Assembly: GCA_016840035.1 (NCBI GenBank)
Contig: JAEOTC010000208.1
Span: 1-41,661, forward strand
Length of the DNA: 41,661 nt
Source: Candidatus Hodarchaeota archaeon
GTDB lineage: Archaea > Asgardarchaeota > Heimdallarchaeia > Hodarchaeales > Hodarchaeaceae
Direction: 5' to 3'
This document shows positions 19,201-26,432 of the stretch, one piece after another. The translations under genes were made by a program, and so were the position numbers. The number at the start of each line of letters is the position of its first letter. Within the stretch, counting starts at the first letter, position 1. Below the pieces are notes generated by a model. It searched no databases. It was not told the DNA's origin and was given only the letters and a program-made list of their open reading frames with translations.

Positions 19201-22200
19201 AATATGAAAACCAGACCTCCATATATAGTGATAATACCACCACAGGTGAGATTTGGTATTATATTATCCGAGTGTTTGATGGTGAAGGCTATAGTGACAA
19301 TGTTACTTCAGATACTGGAGTAATTATAGGTGGAGGTTTAAATTTTAAGCCAACAGCAGAAAATTTAACATTAACTCCAATTTTTCCTCTTACAAGTGAT
19401 GATTTAATTGCAGATTATGATTACTCTGATCCGGAAAATAATGATGAAATCGCATTCGAGATTCAATGGTTTATGGATGGAGTTCTTCAAGAAGATTATC
19501 AGACATTGACCCTACCAGCTAGTGCAACGTCAAAAAATCAGCAATGGAATTTTACGATTCGTGTTTTTGATGGTTTACAATGGAGTGATCTAAATAATTC
19601 ACAGGTTTACACTATTGGTAATACAGCTCCTGGAGTAAGTGGAATAGATGCTACTTCTGATCCAACGACAAGTAATGATTTGTTTGTAAGTTGGAGCTCC
19701 TCCGATCAGGATTCCGATACCTTAACTTTCAATGTAACATGGATTCTAGATGGGACGAAAAATTCCAGTTTATTAACCTCTGATCATTTTGCGATACTAG
19801 GTGCAGGAAACACAACAAAAGGAGACAATTGGAATATTACCATTGAAGCTTATGATGGAGATGGTGGATATTCCACTATACTTACCCTTGGAACAACAAT
19901 TTCTATCATAAATACTAATCCTCTCGCAGAAAACCTCACCCTTAATCTTCTTCCCAAGACTGGTGACGATTTAACTGCCAATTGGGATTTTTTCGACATC
20001 GACAATGATTTAGAAGATACAGATGGAACAATTATTTTCTGGTACAAAAACGGTGATTTACAAGCATCGTGGACAAATTCTACTACAATTGGGTTTGGAA
20101 ATACCTCGAAAGGCCAGGTATGGTGGTATAAAATACAAGTGTATGATGGTGAGCAGTACTCAACACTTACCGAATTTCTTCCTCATATTGAAATCCAAAA
20201 TACAGCACCTGTTAATGTTTCAATTCTTCCTCTGCCAACTTCCCCGAGTGTTGAAAGTGAGATTGATTTAACACTCTCTTCAGTTCTTTCCTCATTTACT
20301 GATGCAGATGGGGATTCAATTGAATTAGTAGAGCTACGTTGGTACAAAAATGGAGTTCTACAAGTTAATCTAAATGATTCTTTGTCGATTTCAGGAAGTA
20401 AATTAGCTAGAGGGGATAATTGGTCATATACAACAATAGTCTCTGATGGCTTAGAATTTGCAGTATTGTCTCAATCATCAGAATTTCAGATCCTTAACTC
20501 CCTACCAAATCTTTTGGGGGCTTATTTCACTGAAGCAGGTGTAAAAACGATACATAATCTCACAGCTAACTATTTGTATGAGGATGCTGATGGTGATGTC
20601 ATTAACGTCTTTGAAATTCGATGGTATCGATCCACGAGTCCTTATATCGCATATACGCTAAATCCTGCTTATGATGGCTACTTGAGTCTTCCTTATACAG
20701 CAACGACCAAGAATGAACGGTGGAAGTTCAATATTACACTTTCAGATGGGTTCAATGCATCAACCTGGGTTCTATCTGATTATATTGCTATAGAAAACAG
20801 CATACCATGGATAGATCCGTATAGTATAGTCCTAACAGGTGGATTAACTACATCAGATCCTCTCAATGTCACTTTTATGTGGTATGATGATGATCCTGGG
20901 GATGTCCAAAGTGGGACAAGTTTCAGATGGGATGGTCCTTTTGTTACCAATCCTTCATCCAATCGTGTTCTGAATTCATCGGTCACAAAGGCAGGTGAGA
21001 CATGGTCAGTGCGTATTACTCCAGGTGATGGTACTGACTTAGGAGATGTAGTCGAAAGTAAATTATATGGTATAAGCATCATTATTGGTAATACTCCACC
21101 TGAAATCCCTGGAAATGAGATAAAGATACAGGGATATGATCCTATTAATGGTTCCTACAGTGATGGAGTTGCTTTCGGCTCGAATGTTGATCTGATAGTA
21201 CGGTACAATGTAAGTGATGTTGACGGTTTACAGGGAGTATCTGCTTATGATGTTTTTCTGGTTGATGGATATGCTTACGGATCTCAATATCGGTGGTTCA
21301 GAAATCGATCTGGTGTGGTAACTTTAATTCCCGCCCTAAATGGAATGACAACAGTTCCATCCTCCTTTATTCAAAGAGATGACCTTTGGTGGGTAGAAGT
21401 CACTCCCCGAGACTTATATGGAGATTTTGGTGTAAGTCAAAATTCTACTGAAATTAGTATCACAAATTCTGCTCCATATTTGGCCAGCCTTTCTTGGACC
21501 CAATCAGCATTTTATGCAAGCGATGATCTTTCGTTTGACTATGTTTTTGCAGATAGGGATCTTACAGATGTCGAATATGGTAGCATTATCGAATGGTACC
21601 TTAATGGGATTAATCAATCTGATTTTCACAGCTTTGTGAGTATTTCCTTCCAAAATACCTCTAAAGGTGATGTTTGGTATGCTAGAATTAGAGTATGGGA
21701 TGGTGACCTATACAGTAATTGGTTTTCCCTACCAAATATTACCATCCTTAATACAGATCCTATTGCTTCTAACATCCTTCTTACACCAGCTTCTCCAACA
21801 GCAACACAAAATCTAACAGTTAATTGGGATTATTCCGATTACGATAACGACGGTCAGCAATCTCCGAGAATTCGCTGGTATAGAAATAATATCCTACAAG
21901 TTATACTCAATGATGTGACCACGGTCAATGCTAGCTACTTGAATAGAAACGATTTCTGGTATGTGACAGTCGAAGCATTTGATGGAGAGAATTATTCCAT
22001 CTTGATTACATCTTCAAGTATAACAGTAATCAATTCTCCTCCAACACTAAAAAATGTAGTTTTATGGAATAATAATGATCTTTCTAATACCAGTTATACC
22101 GATGGTGTCATTATAATTTTAGATCTTGACTATGTTGATGATGATGGCGATTTACTAGATACAGGATCTACTAGTATTCAATGGTATCGCAATGGGGCAC

Positions 22201-24020
22201 ATCTTCCCTTATTCGATAATCAAACAAGCATTTCTAGCGGTGAATTGCAGAAAGGTGATTCTTGGTATGCTATAGTTCAAGTTTTGGATTTAGGTGGAAC
22301 AGTATGGTCAGATAACTTAACCTCTCAAACAATCACTGTGATAAATAAAGCCCCAGAAGTGACTTCTCTAACATTCTTAGAGGAACCAGGTTATCTTCTC
22401 GAAAATGAAAATATTTCACTGATCTTGATAATTTTCGATCCCGATGTCAATGATACTGATTCCTCCCTTATTGAATGGATGATTAATGGAACTTTGCAAC
22501 CACAATACACGGATCTAAGAGTAATCTCCTTTTCTGACACGAATCCTGGTGAAAATTGGACTGTAATCATTACACCATCAGATGGAGTGGATTATGGATC
22601 CATAGTCTCTCGTTCGATTATTATTGAAAGCGTTCCCTATATTCAGAATTTGACTGCAATCATTGAACAAGATAGTGATGGGCATTTTACTTTTGGAGTC
22701 CAAGTCCTCGATGCCCTTCATGATATTTCCTCTGTTGAATATGAAGTCCTGTTAAATGGAACAGTTCTTGATTTTGAAGATATCGTGAATTCACCAAATG
22801 CCACCGATTACTGGCTTCTTGATTATACCCTATCAGCTCCTGATTACTATAATACAAAAGCATTGATTGTAATTAACGCTATATCTACTCGTGGTATCCG
22901 ATCAACTAGATCATTCAACTTCACGATCATTGATGGAGTTGCTCCTCGGATATCGGAGTCAGGTCTGGGCGTATGGTTTGTAAAGGATAAAGATGATCCG
23001 ACGAATCTAACTTTCTATGCAGATATTGAAGAATATGGTTCTGGAATAGCAAATGTAACCCTATACTATTACTACAATCCTGATGAAGCAGGTGATGGAG
23101 CAAGCGCACTTCAAGAGTTTACTGAAGTTCTCATGACTTTAGAAAATTCTTTTGATGGAACCTTCAGATATAGTATTACAGTTCCATATCCCCAAGATGA
23201 TCTTGATTATGAGATACTTTATCTGGTTTCTACTCAAGATATGGAAGGAAACAGTGATCCTGCAGCATTTGACATTCATGATTATCCAGATAGGATATCA
23301 AATGAAAAAGTCGTTCAGATTACTGCAGGTGGATTACCAGAATATGTGTTGTATGTTGCTGGAGCTGCTGTGTTCCTTATATTCGTTGGCTCAATAGTTT
23401 ATGTACGATTTATCAGAAAACCCGAGTTGGTCGGATTAGACAAAGAACTCGTTATGAAAACTCAAAAGAAAATACGAGAGGAGGATATCTCGGCTAGTAT
23501 CGAAGAACATTCAATAGGTATCATTGTATCATTTTTCGCCCAAAGACAAGGACCAATACCCATCATTGTCTTCCCTGAAGTTCTTAAAGACAACTTCACT
23601 AAATTAATTGAAATATCTGATCGATCGTTCAATAATTGTGGGTTTGCTAACACGTTTGATCGCCAGATTGCTTCTAGTTTTGATATTGACCTTACTGACA
23701 CCCTATCTGTTCGCTCCATGTCATTCGGTTTTGCATTAAATCGACCTGAAGCCCGTGGAGGTAAGGAAAATCTTACTCTCAATATCTTACTCTTTGAGGG
23801 TATGTTTTCCATTCTCAATCACTTCCAAATGGAAATCCAAGCTCGGGTTCGCACTATTCATAAATTGATGGATGTCAAACCAGGTGCTAAAGATGAGATT
23901 CGTCAACGAATCTACAATTTGCGTCGTTATGTTTCCTCCATTATATTGGCATATCAAGAAATTTATGGGTTGGAACCTCCTGTAATGGAAATGCCAGATA
24001 TATTAGGTTTCGATGGATAA
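13227..24020 (+). CDS. Giant (3597 aa) type-I membrane protein: jelly-roll/lectin-like heads, cadherin/Ig-like stalk, single TM, cytoplasmic longin-like domain
   Basis: N-terminal signal peptide; many N-x-S/T sequons; 17 tandem ~95-aa repeats; TM YVLYVAGAAVFLIFVGSIVYV followed by RFIRK; ~200-aa tail with IIVSFFAQRQGPIP and FALNRPEARGG. Confidence 0.9.
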   Translation: MKNAVKFITGLVLVIFLVPILSTSIVLPIDNSLESKTIAIPPLRGEAPITESELQRNIDDEAKFPESLATTATDNFNQIGRINPKVEGTGVFIEDYVDNMISDVDSSPDLGELTDFSNMQATDISYSNISEISSSGAITKAGTDTTGTGTISPLSFSHTLVSGSNRIILVAAQSEANSANDISATYGGQTMVEAITQTTGTTTTQVLSIFYLLETNLPSNGANTVAISYTGTVTEVNAWCGQWDGVSQATPEATDETVWVSGQTISNTISPSTDAWVISTIGEGNSGCTHTHGQSQVEVYDFSDSSSSFAVAELRGANGELSLDSTITGSINRGVRIAASFQPATGASGYQMDQEVQFENVYESPLVSEELRIKTGSFGGSENINVTYWDGDSWELITSDLTASTWNNFTVTGLPTTEPYFTIKFGGGTTSSDSTQDWWMIDAVLLYVEEHLVITKEDYVDQQSNVDSNSDLGSHSSFNDLRATDSTYDNISEIEAFSSSNTTLIDTESFEGTWLPSGWSETTGSLWNQNSYQPYSGGGTYYAGYYDPSTTTSGNLDSPILNTADASSIFIEFWWRDYALDNNEFLLQLYNGSTWITYQDMNLLTHTENTWTFYSVEITDSQYFDMSFQIRWRSNNVGPGEASGIDLVTVLKSVTSDSSGEWNDWSSELLSNGGFEDGNFGGWTVQGANWAVGADAPSGSAGPQAGSYTAFQTTPSSATDYIYQDVDLTSYSSYITDGRFVVNASGWRVSSEYPAQDLSKIVIQFLDSGLGLISTPLDTGYDDLASWTKEGIYNATVPTNTRYIRIFGYTDEGNTWDSGNVDSFSIKVRTKQANGSNYHLDQEVQFVGVYDSPLLIEQLCIRTGSFGGSENLNVTYWDGDSWELLDSALTASSWNNYTVTLTSPTFTIKFGGSTTSSDSIQDWWEIDSVLLKVETPEEAVGDDSGFVWLDTPDEVDLGTTYNSWVEQDLSDDSVPSSAMGVILGWVEDSTSNLRAVARGADDTNDYMDGGTSYNQMEAETWKMQVVKLRDHRYIDTWRQSSTERLYVMGYTVGEDPQYRRVPAYMGSLTADSTWNTMTVHDIDSDTNGVILFARSRSNQDSTIMVRAVGSTDSMTNREWENHVSGTFFVKLDANDQFEYYITSARLADFYLVAEVKDNIDWLDTNRDSISATSTGWTIRDLDSYVTVPSSTSGVLLQHDSTGGIDDYKNIAREYGQTWTFPDYDVGIDQWMMGGSGIDSENRIQIYAESLEQDVYIHALTLYQDNTPPTIDAFGVEDPGTGTATFWASLTDLSDLDNVTLTVNGTDYQMSFNGSHWTKDLTVNWLGYYTYQITNASDIFGNFLTTSSNMQNYTFAYDTVAPSAIDWEYYQGADGTWDNQNNTFKANVSDSWGEIDTVILEVTTSSQTAMMKEYQDFSGILGFINNTLELDNGGIDFRIIVNDTSGNEITSSIHSDSVFYNHPPTASNLALNTDPYYSNTSLILSYSYSDPDSHPQSGTEIRWYKNGILQGVHNNSVSINPSYLFTGDQWNATVKPKDGTLFGEINISSTITISNTPPTPTDVIILPNNPVTSSTLIVDFNYYDYDGDSENTGYRQIEWYKVGTGHLGTFDNQTSLSSSNTVKGEQYYVRIRVFDGESYSVWLTSPIITIGNSIPNAVNLSLPTNPTNTTDLIASWEMQDADIGDVENTSAVIIYWYKNGVLQPLWNNSVIIGAGNTTKGQIWWFKIQVFDGENYSSLTELLPHVEIVNAIPVVTDVSIVISTPYTTDDLVTDAWTFTDADNDGEGTPIIRWYRNNILQSAYNGYTTLPASVTAKGENWHFGVQVYDGSAYSLQVNSSQVLIQNTVPDVDNLTLTSIPTTTDDLLASWTYTDEDLDGLSFNITWYLNNVYNSSWITATNSATLNAGNTSKYQQWYYTIRAYDDDDYSTLISLGSNITIQNSIPTTSYANFTTLNPSTVDDFNLTYGFVDNDGDLEFANDIIVYWYVNWAYQSQYENQTSIYSDNTTTGEIWYYIIRVFDGEGYSDNVTSDTGVIIGGGLNFKPTAENLTLTPIFPLTSDDLIADYDYSDPENNDEIAFEIQWFMDGVLQEDYQTLTLPASATSKNQQWNFTIRVFDGLQWSDLNNSQVYTIGNTAPGVSGIDATSDPTTSNDLFVSWSSSDQDSDTLTFNVTWILDGTKNSSLLTSDHFAILGAGNTTKGDNWNITIEAYDGDGGYSTILTLGTTISIINTNPLAENLTLNLLPKTGDDLTANWDFFDIDNDLEDTDGTIIFWYKNGDLQASWTNSTTIGFGNTSKGQVWWYKIQVYDGEQYSTLTEFLPHIEIQNTAPVNVSILPLPTSPSVESEIDLTLSSVLSSFTDADGDSIELVELRWYKNGVLQVNLNDSLSISGSKLARGDNWSYTTIVSDGLEFAVLSQSSEFQILNSLPNLLGAYFTEAGVKTIHNLTANYLYEDADGDVINVFEIRWYRSTSPYIAYTLNPAYDGYLSLPYTATTKNERWKFNITLSDGFNASTWVLSDYIAIENSIPWIDPYSIVLTGGLTTSDPLNVTFMWYDDDPGDVQSGTSFRWDGPFVTNPSSNRVLNSSVTKAGETWSVRITPGDGTDLGDVVESKLYGISIIIGNTPPEIPGNEIKIQGYDPINGSYSDGVAFGSNVDLIVRYNVSDVDGLQGVSAYDVFLVDGYAYGSQYRWFRNRSGVVTLIPALNGMTTVPSSFIQRDDLWWVEVTPRDLYGDFGVSQNSTEISITNSAPYLASLSWTQSAFYASDDLSFDYVFADRDLTDVEYGSIIEWYLNGINQSDFHSFVSISFQNTSKGDVWYARIRVWDGDLYSNWFSLPNITILNTDPIASNILLTPASPTATQNLTVNWDYSDYDNDGQQSPRIRWYRNNILQVILNDVTTVNASYLNRNDFWYVTVEAFDGENYSILITSSSITVINSPPTLKNVVLWNNNDLSNTSYTDGVIIILDLDYVDDDGDLLDTGSTSIQWYRNGAHLPLFDNQTSISSGELQKGDSWYAIVQVLDLGGTVWSDNLTSQTITVINKAPEVTSLTFLEEPGYLLENENISLILIIFDPDVNDTDSSLIEWMINGTLQPQYTDLRVISFSDTNPGENWTVIITPSDGVDYGSIVSRSIIIESVPYIQNLTAIIEQDSDGHFTFGVQVLDALHDISSVEYEVLLNGTVLDFEDIVNSPNATDYWLLDYTLSAPDYYNTKALIVINAISTRGIRSTRSFNFTIIDGVAPRISESGLGVWFVKDKDDPTNLTFYADIEEYGSGIANVTLYYYYNPDEAGDGASALQEFTEVLMTLENSFDGTFRYSITVPYPQDDLDYEILYLVSTQDMEGNSDPAAFDIHDYPDRISNEKVVQITAGGLPEYVLYVAGAAVFLIFVGSIVYVRFIRKPELVGLDKELVMKTQKKIREEDISASIEEHSIGIIVSFFAQRQGPIPIIVFPEVLKDNFTKLIEISDRSFNNCGFANTFDRQIASSFDIDLTDTLSVRSMSFGFALNRPEARGGKENLTLNILLFEGMFSILNHFQMEIQARVRTIHKLMDVKPGAKDEIRQRIYNLRRYVSSIILAYQEIYGLEPPVMEMPDILGFDG
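17604..22628 (+). repeat. 17 tandem cadherin/Ig-like beta-sandwich repeats (protein-level)
   Basis: Consensus NxxP...L...Y.D.D.D...I.WY.NG..Q...T.KG..W...V.DG..YS...I.I, counted 17 times by eye. Confidence 0.85.
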
Positions 24021-24054
24021 ATTAGAAAAATATAGGAGGTTTTTATAGCCTCCT

Positions 24055-24840
24055 TTACTTTTTTAGAATTAATTTCTTTAATCCTGCTTTGTACGGTATT
24101 ACTTTCCCATCACAGTAGATGCAAAAAGATCCATACGGATGAAGTGCCTTCTCCTTTGTTTCGTGAACCGTTTTTACTAATTTTGATCGAAATGCTTTCT
24201 CGTTGATATCAGCAAATTCCTCTACATCTTTGATAACCTGTGGTGAGTAAGGACATTGATGGGTGTATAGTACGGTTACACCTTCGTCATCAGGGATGTT
24301 CTCACTTGAGATCGGAAAAAATGAAGGTTTGGTTACCGATTCTAAAAAACTTAGCGCGTGGAGAGAAAATATCCCATCCCCTGCTTCATCTACCTTTTTA
24401 AATCCCATTTTCTCGAAGATTTTCTTACGAGGATAGGAACTTTTCGTAGCAGAGATTCCTACTACTCCATTCATCTTTAGATGTTTAGCATCATCAATTG
24501 CATATTGAATGAGTTCAGAAGCATACCCCTTTCCTTTATGACGACCTACTACCCATAGACAGTGGATGACCATGAAATTATCAGCCTCAATTCCTCTCCA
24601 ATTAAATTCACTCGGAATGTACTCGATAAATCCTCTGTAAGAATACTTATTTGTTTCTTTAACCTTCAAAATCTTGTACTTCAATCCTTCAAGAAAGCGG
24701 GCCTTAATCCATTCGAGTTTATTCTGATAACCTGTTTCTTTTTTCTGTGATTGTTTACAGAACAGTCCTATGGTATCCAAATTATTGGTATTCACATCAA
24801 TAATTTCGTAACTCATCCTATATACACCTGAAACTTTCAT
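24055..24840 (-). CDS. GNAT acetyltransferase with YoaP-like C-terminal domain
   Basis: RGFIEYIP, IHCLWV, HKGKGYASELI, LYTHQCPY; likely start ATG 24816. Confidence 0.85.
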   Translation of the reverse strand: MKVSGVYRMSYEIIDVNTNNLDTIGLFCKQSQKKETGYQNKLEWIKARFLEGLKYKILKVKETNKYSYRGFIEYIPSEFNWRGIEADNFMVIHCLWVVGRHKGKGYASELIQYAIDDAKHLKMNGVVGISATKSSYPRKKIFEKMGFKKVDEAGDGIFSLHALSFLESVTKPSFFPISSENIPDDEGVTVLYTHQCPYSPQVIKDVEEFADINEKAFRSKLVKTVHETKEKALHPYGSFCIYCDGKVIPYKAGLKKLILKK

Positions 24841-24850
24841 TGCTTAAAAC

Positions 24851-25357
24851 TTATTCATCAAAAAAGTTTTGCTCTGCCCACCAGGCGGCCCCATCTTCCT
24901 GCCACTCAGGCCATCCCTTAAGCCAAGGGCCAATATGGCAATCACGGATCCTATCCGAGATGGGGAAGTAAGCTTTAAGATCAATCACAGGAGTTTCATC
25001 CATTGCATCTAAACCTACAACTTGGACAATTCCTGTATTAATATTAACAGATAGTATCTTACTTACTGTGATTCCAATAGGATTGGGACGATATTCGGCC
25101 CGTGTAGCAAAAACTCCAGTTTCTGGTGGATTTTCACCATAAGGTGGAACAATGCTCCATGATTCCAAGTTTCTCATTTCCTCAGTATCATTCTTATGGG
25201 CCCACCAAATAACAAAGACGTGACTGAACTTATCTAGTTCTTTTAATCCTTCACGGAAAGGTTCATCAATGTTTACGAAGTAGTCTGCATTGTATGGATC
25301 CTCTCCTTCTACATGCACATACCCGATTGGTCGTAATTCAAAATTCTTTTTCGGCAT
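24851..25357 (-). CDS. tsaA: TsaA/TrmO-family tRNA (t6A37-N6) methyltransferase-like protein
   Basis: RPIGYV, GLKELDKFSH, GVFATRAEYRPNPIG, GLDAMDETPVIDLK. Confidence 0.88.
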   Translation of the reverse strand: MPKKNFELRPIGYVHVEGEDPYNADYFVNIDEPFREGLKELDKFSHVFVIWWAHKNDTEEMRNLESWSIVPPYGENPPETGVFATRAEYRPNPIGITVSKILSVNINTGIVQVVGLDAMDETPVIDLKAYFPISDRIRDCHIGPWLKGWPEWQEDGAAWWAEQNFFDE

Positions 25358-25480
25358 CAGTTTTTCACCGATAATGTGATTTCTTTCTAATTTTATATTT
25401 ATTCCGCTTTCGGTAGTACTCTTCCCTATTTCTATAGGAAAGCTTTTTTAATCTCCAAGAAATACGATTGATTGAGACAT

Positions 25481-26032
25481 ATGAAAGATATTTCAACCCC
25501 AACTCCTCAGATAATCAAGAACAGACAAATAAAGCTGCTAGGATGCATTTTTTTCGGAAATCCTTTTCATCAGGCAAAAGAGTGGAGCTATGAAAATGAG
25601 ATTGGTAATTTATGGATTCGTTTCATGAATTTGACAAAGCAATACAAAGAATATTTAGAGAAGTTATCCTCTAACTCCACACTTGGTTACGAGTTACATT
25701 TAGAACCCGCAGATTATTCAACAACAAATCAGTACTATGTTATGGTGGGTATTGAGATTGGAGAGATTGAAGAAATACCACTCGAGTTCTTTACGAAAAG
25801 CCTTCCCCGAACCGATTATGTTGAATTTACTACTCAGATGGCTAGAAAAAGAGAACAAGGCGCGTATATTTACCAAACATGGATGCCTCGTGAAAAAATT
25901 ACCCAACGATATCCGTACGTACTCCAGAAATACGATTCTAATCGATATCGTGGATTGGACGATCCATCCTCTGAAATAGATTGGTTGATACCTGTTTTAA
26001 GAGGCAAACAAAAGAGTGATACAGATGAGTGA
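25481..26032 (+). CDS. GyrI-like small-molecule/effector-binding protein
   Basis: EIGNLWIRF, YYVMVGIEI, IYQTWMP, EIDWLIPV; ATG at 25481. Confidence 0.8.
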   Translation: MKDISTPTPQIIKNRQIKLLGCIFFGNPFHQAKEWSYENEIGNLWIRFMNLTKQYKEYLEKLSSNSTLGYELHLEPADYSTTNQYYVMVGIEIGEIEEIPLEFFTKSLPRTDYVEFTTQMARKREQGAYIYQTWMPREKITQRYPYVLQKYDSNRYRGLDDPSSEIDWLIPVLRGKQKSDTDE

Positions 26033-26426
26033 ATTACCCATTACAGATCTCTTACTGAGTTATGAGAGGAATTTTGAAGGAATCAAATCGATTTTAAATG
26101 CTTTATCGCATGAAAAACGACTCCAAATTTTGTTAAGCTTACTTACTGGAGATAAATCATTTCGAGAGCTAAAAAAAGAGACAAATCTAGAAAAAACTGC
26201 TTTGGCACATCATTTAAACCAAATGATTGCGATTCAATTAATACAAAAACCTGCATACAATACTTATAGTTTACATATTGATGGTGAACGGTTTTTGAGA
26301 ATAATTGAGAGAGCATTTCAGCATACAAATCTGAAGTTAACGAAAGATAAGGAACAAATGGAAACTAGGCAATTTTCAGCCAAATTTGCAGATAATTTCT
26401 TTGGATTTGAGAAGAATACAAGATAA
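26025..26426 (+). CDS. ArsR-family wHTH regulator
   Basis: ALSHEKRLQILLSL...SFRELKKET.LEKTALAHHLNQM; start overlaps the stop of the GyrI-like gene. Confidence 0.85.
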   Translation: MSELPITDLLLSYERNFEGIKSILNALSHEKRLQILLSLLTGDKSFRELKKETNLEKTALAHHLNQMIAIQLIQKPAYNTYSLHIDGERFLRIIERAFQHTNLKLTKDKEQMETRQFSAKFADNFFGFEKNTR

Positions 26427-26432
26427 ATCAAG

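Noticed and set aside
13227-24020. Diversity-generating retroelement or CRISPR-like explanation for repeats in the giant gene
   Set aside because: The repeats are in-frame, diverged protein-domain duplications with no constant repeat/spacer period. I saw no adenine-specific TR/VR pair and no reverse transcriptase or cas gene.
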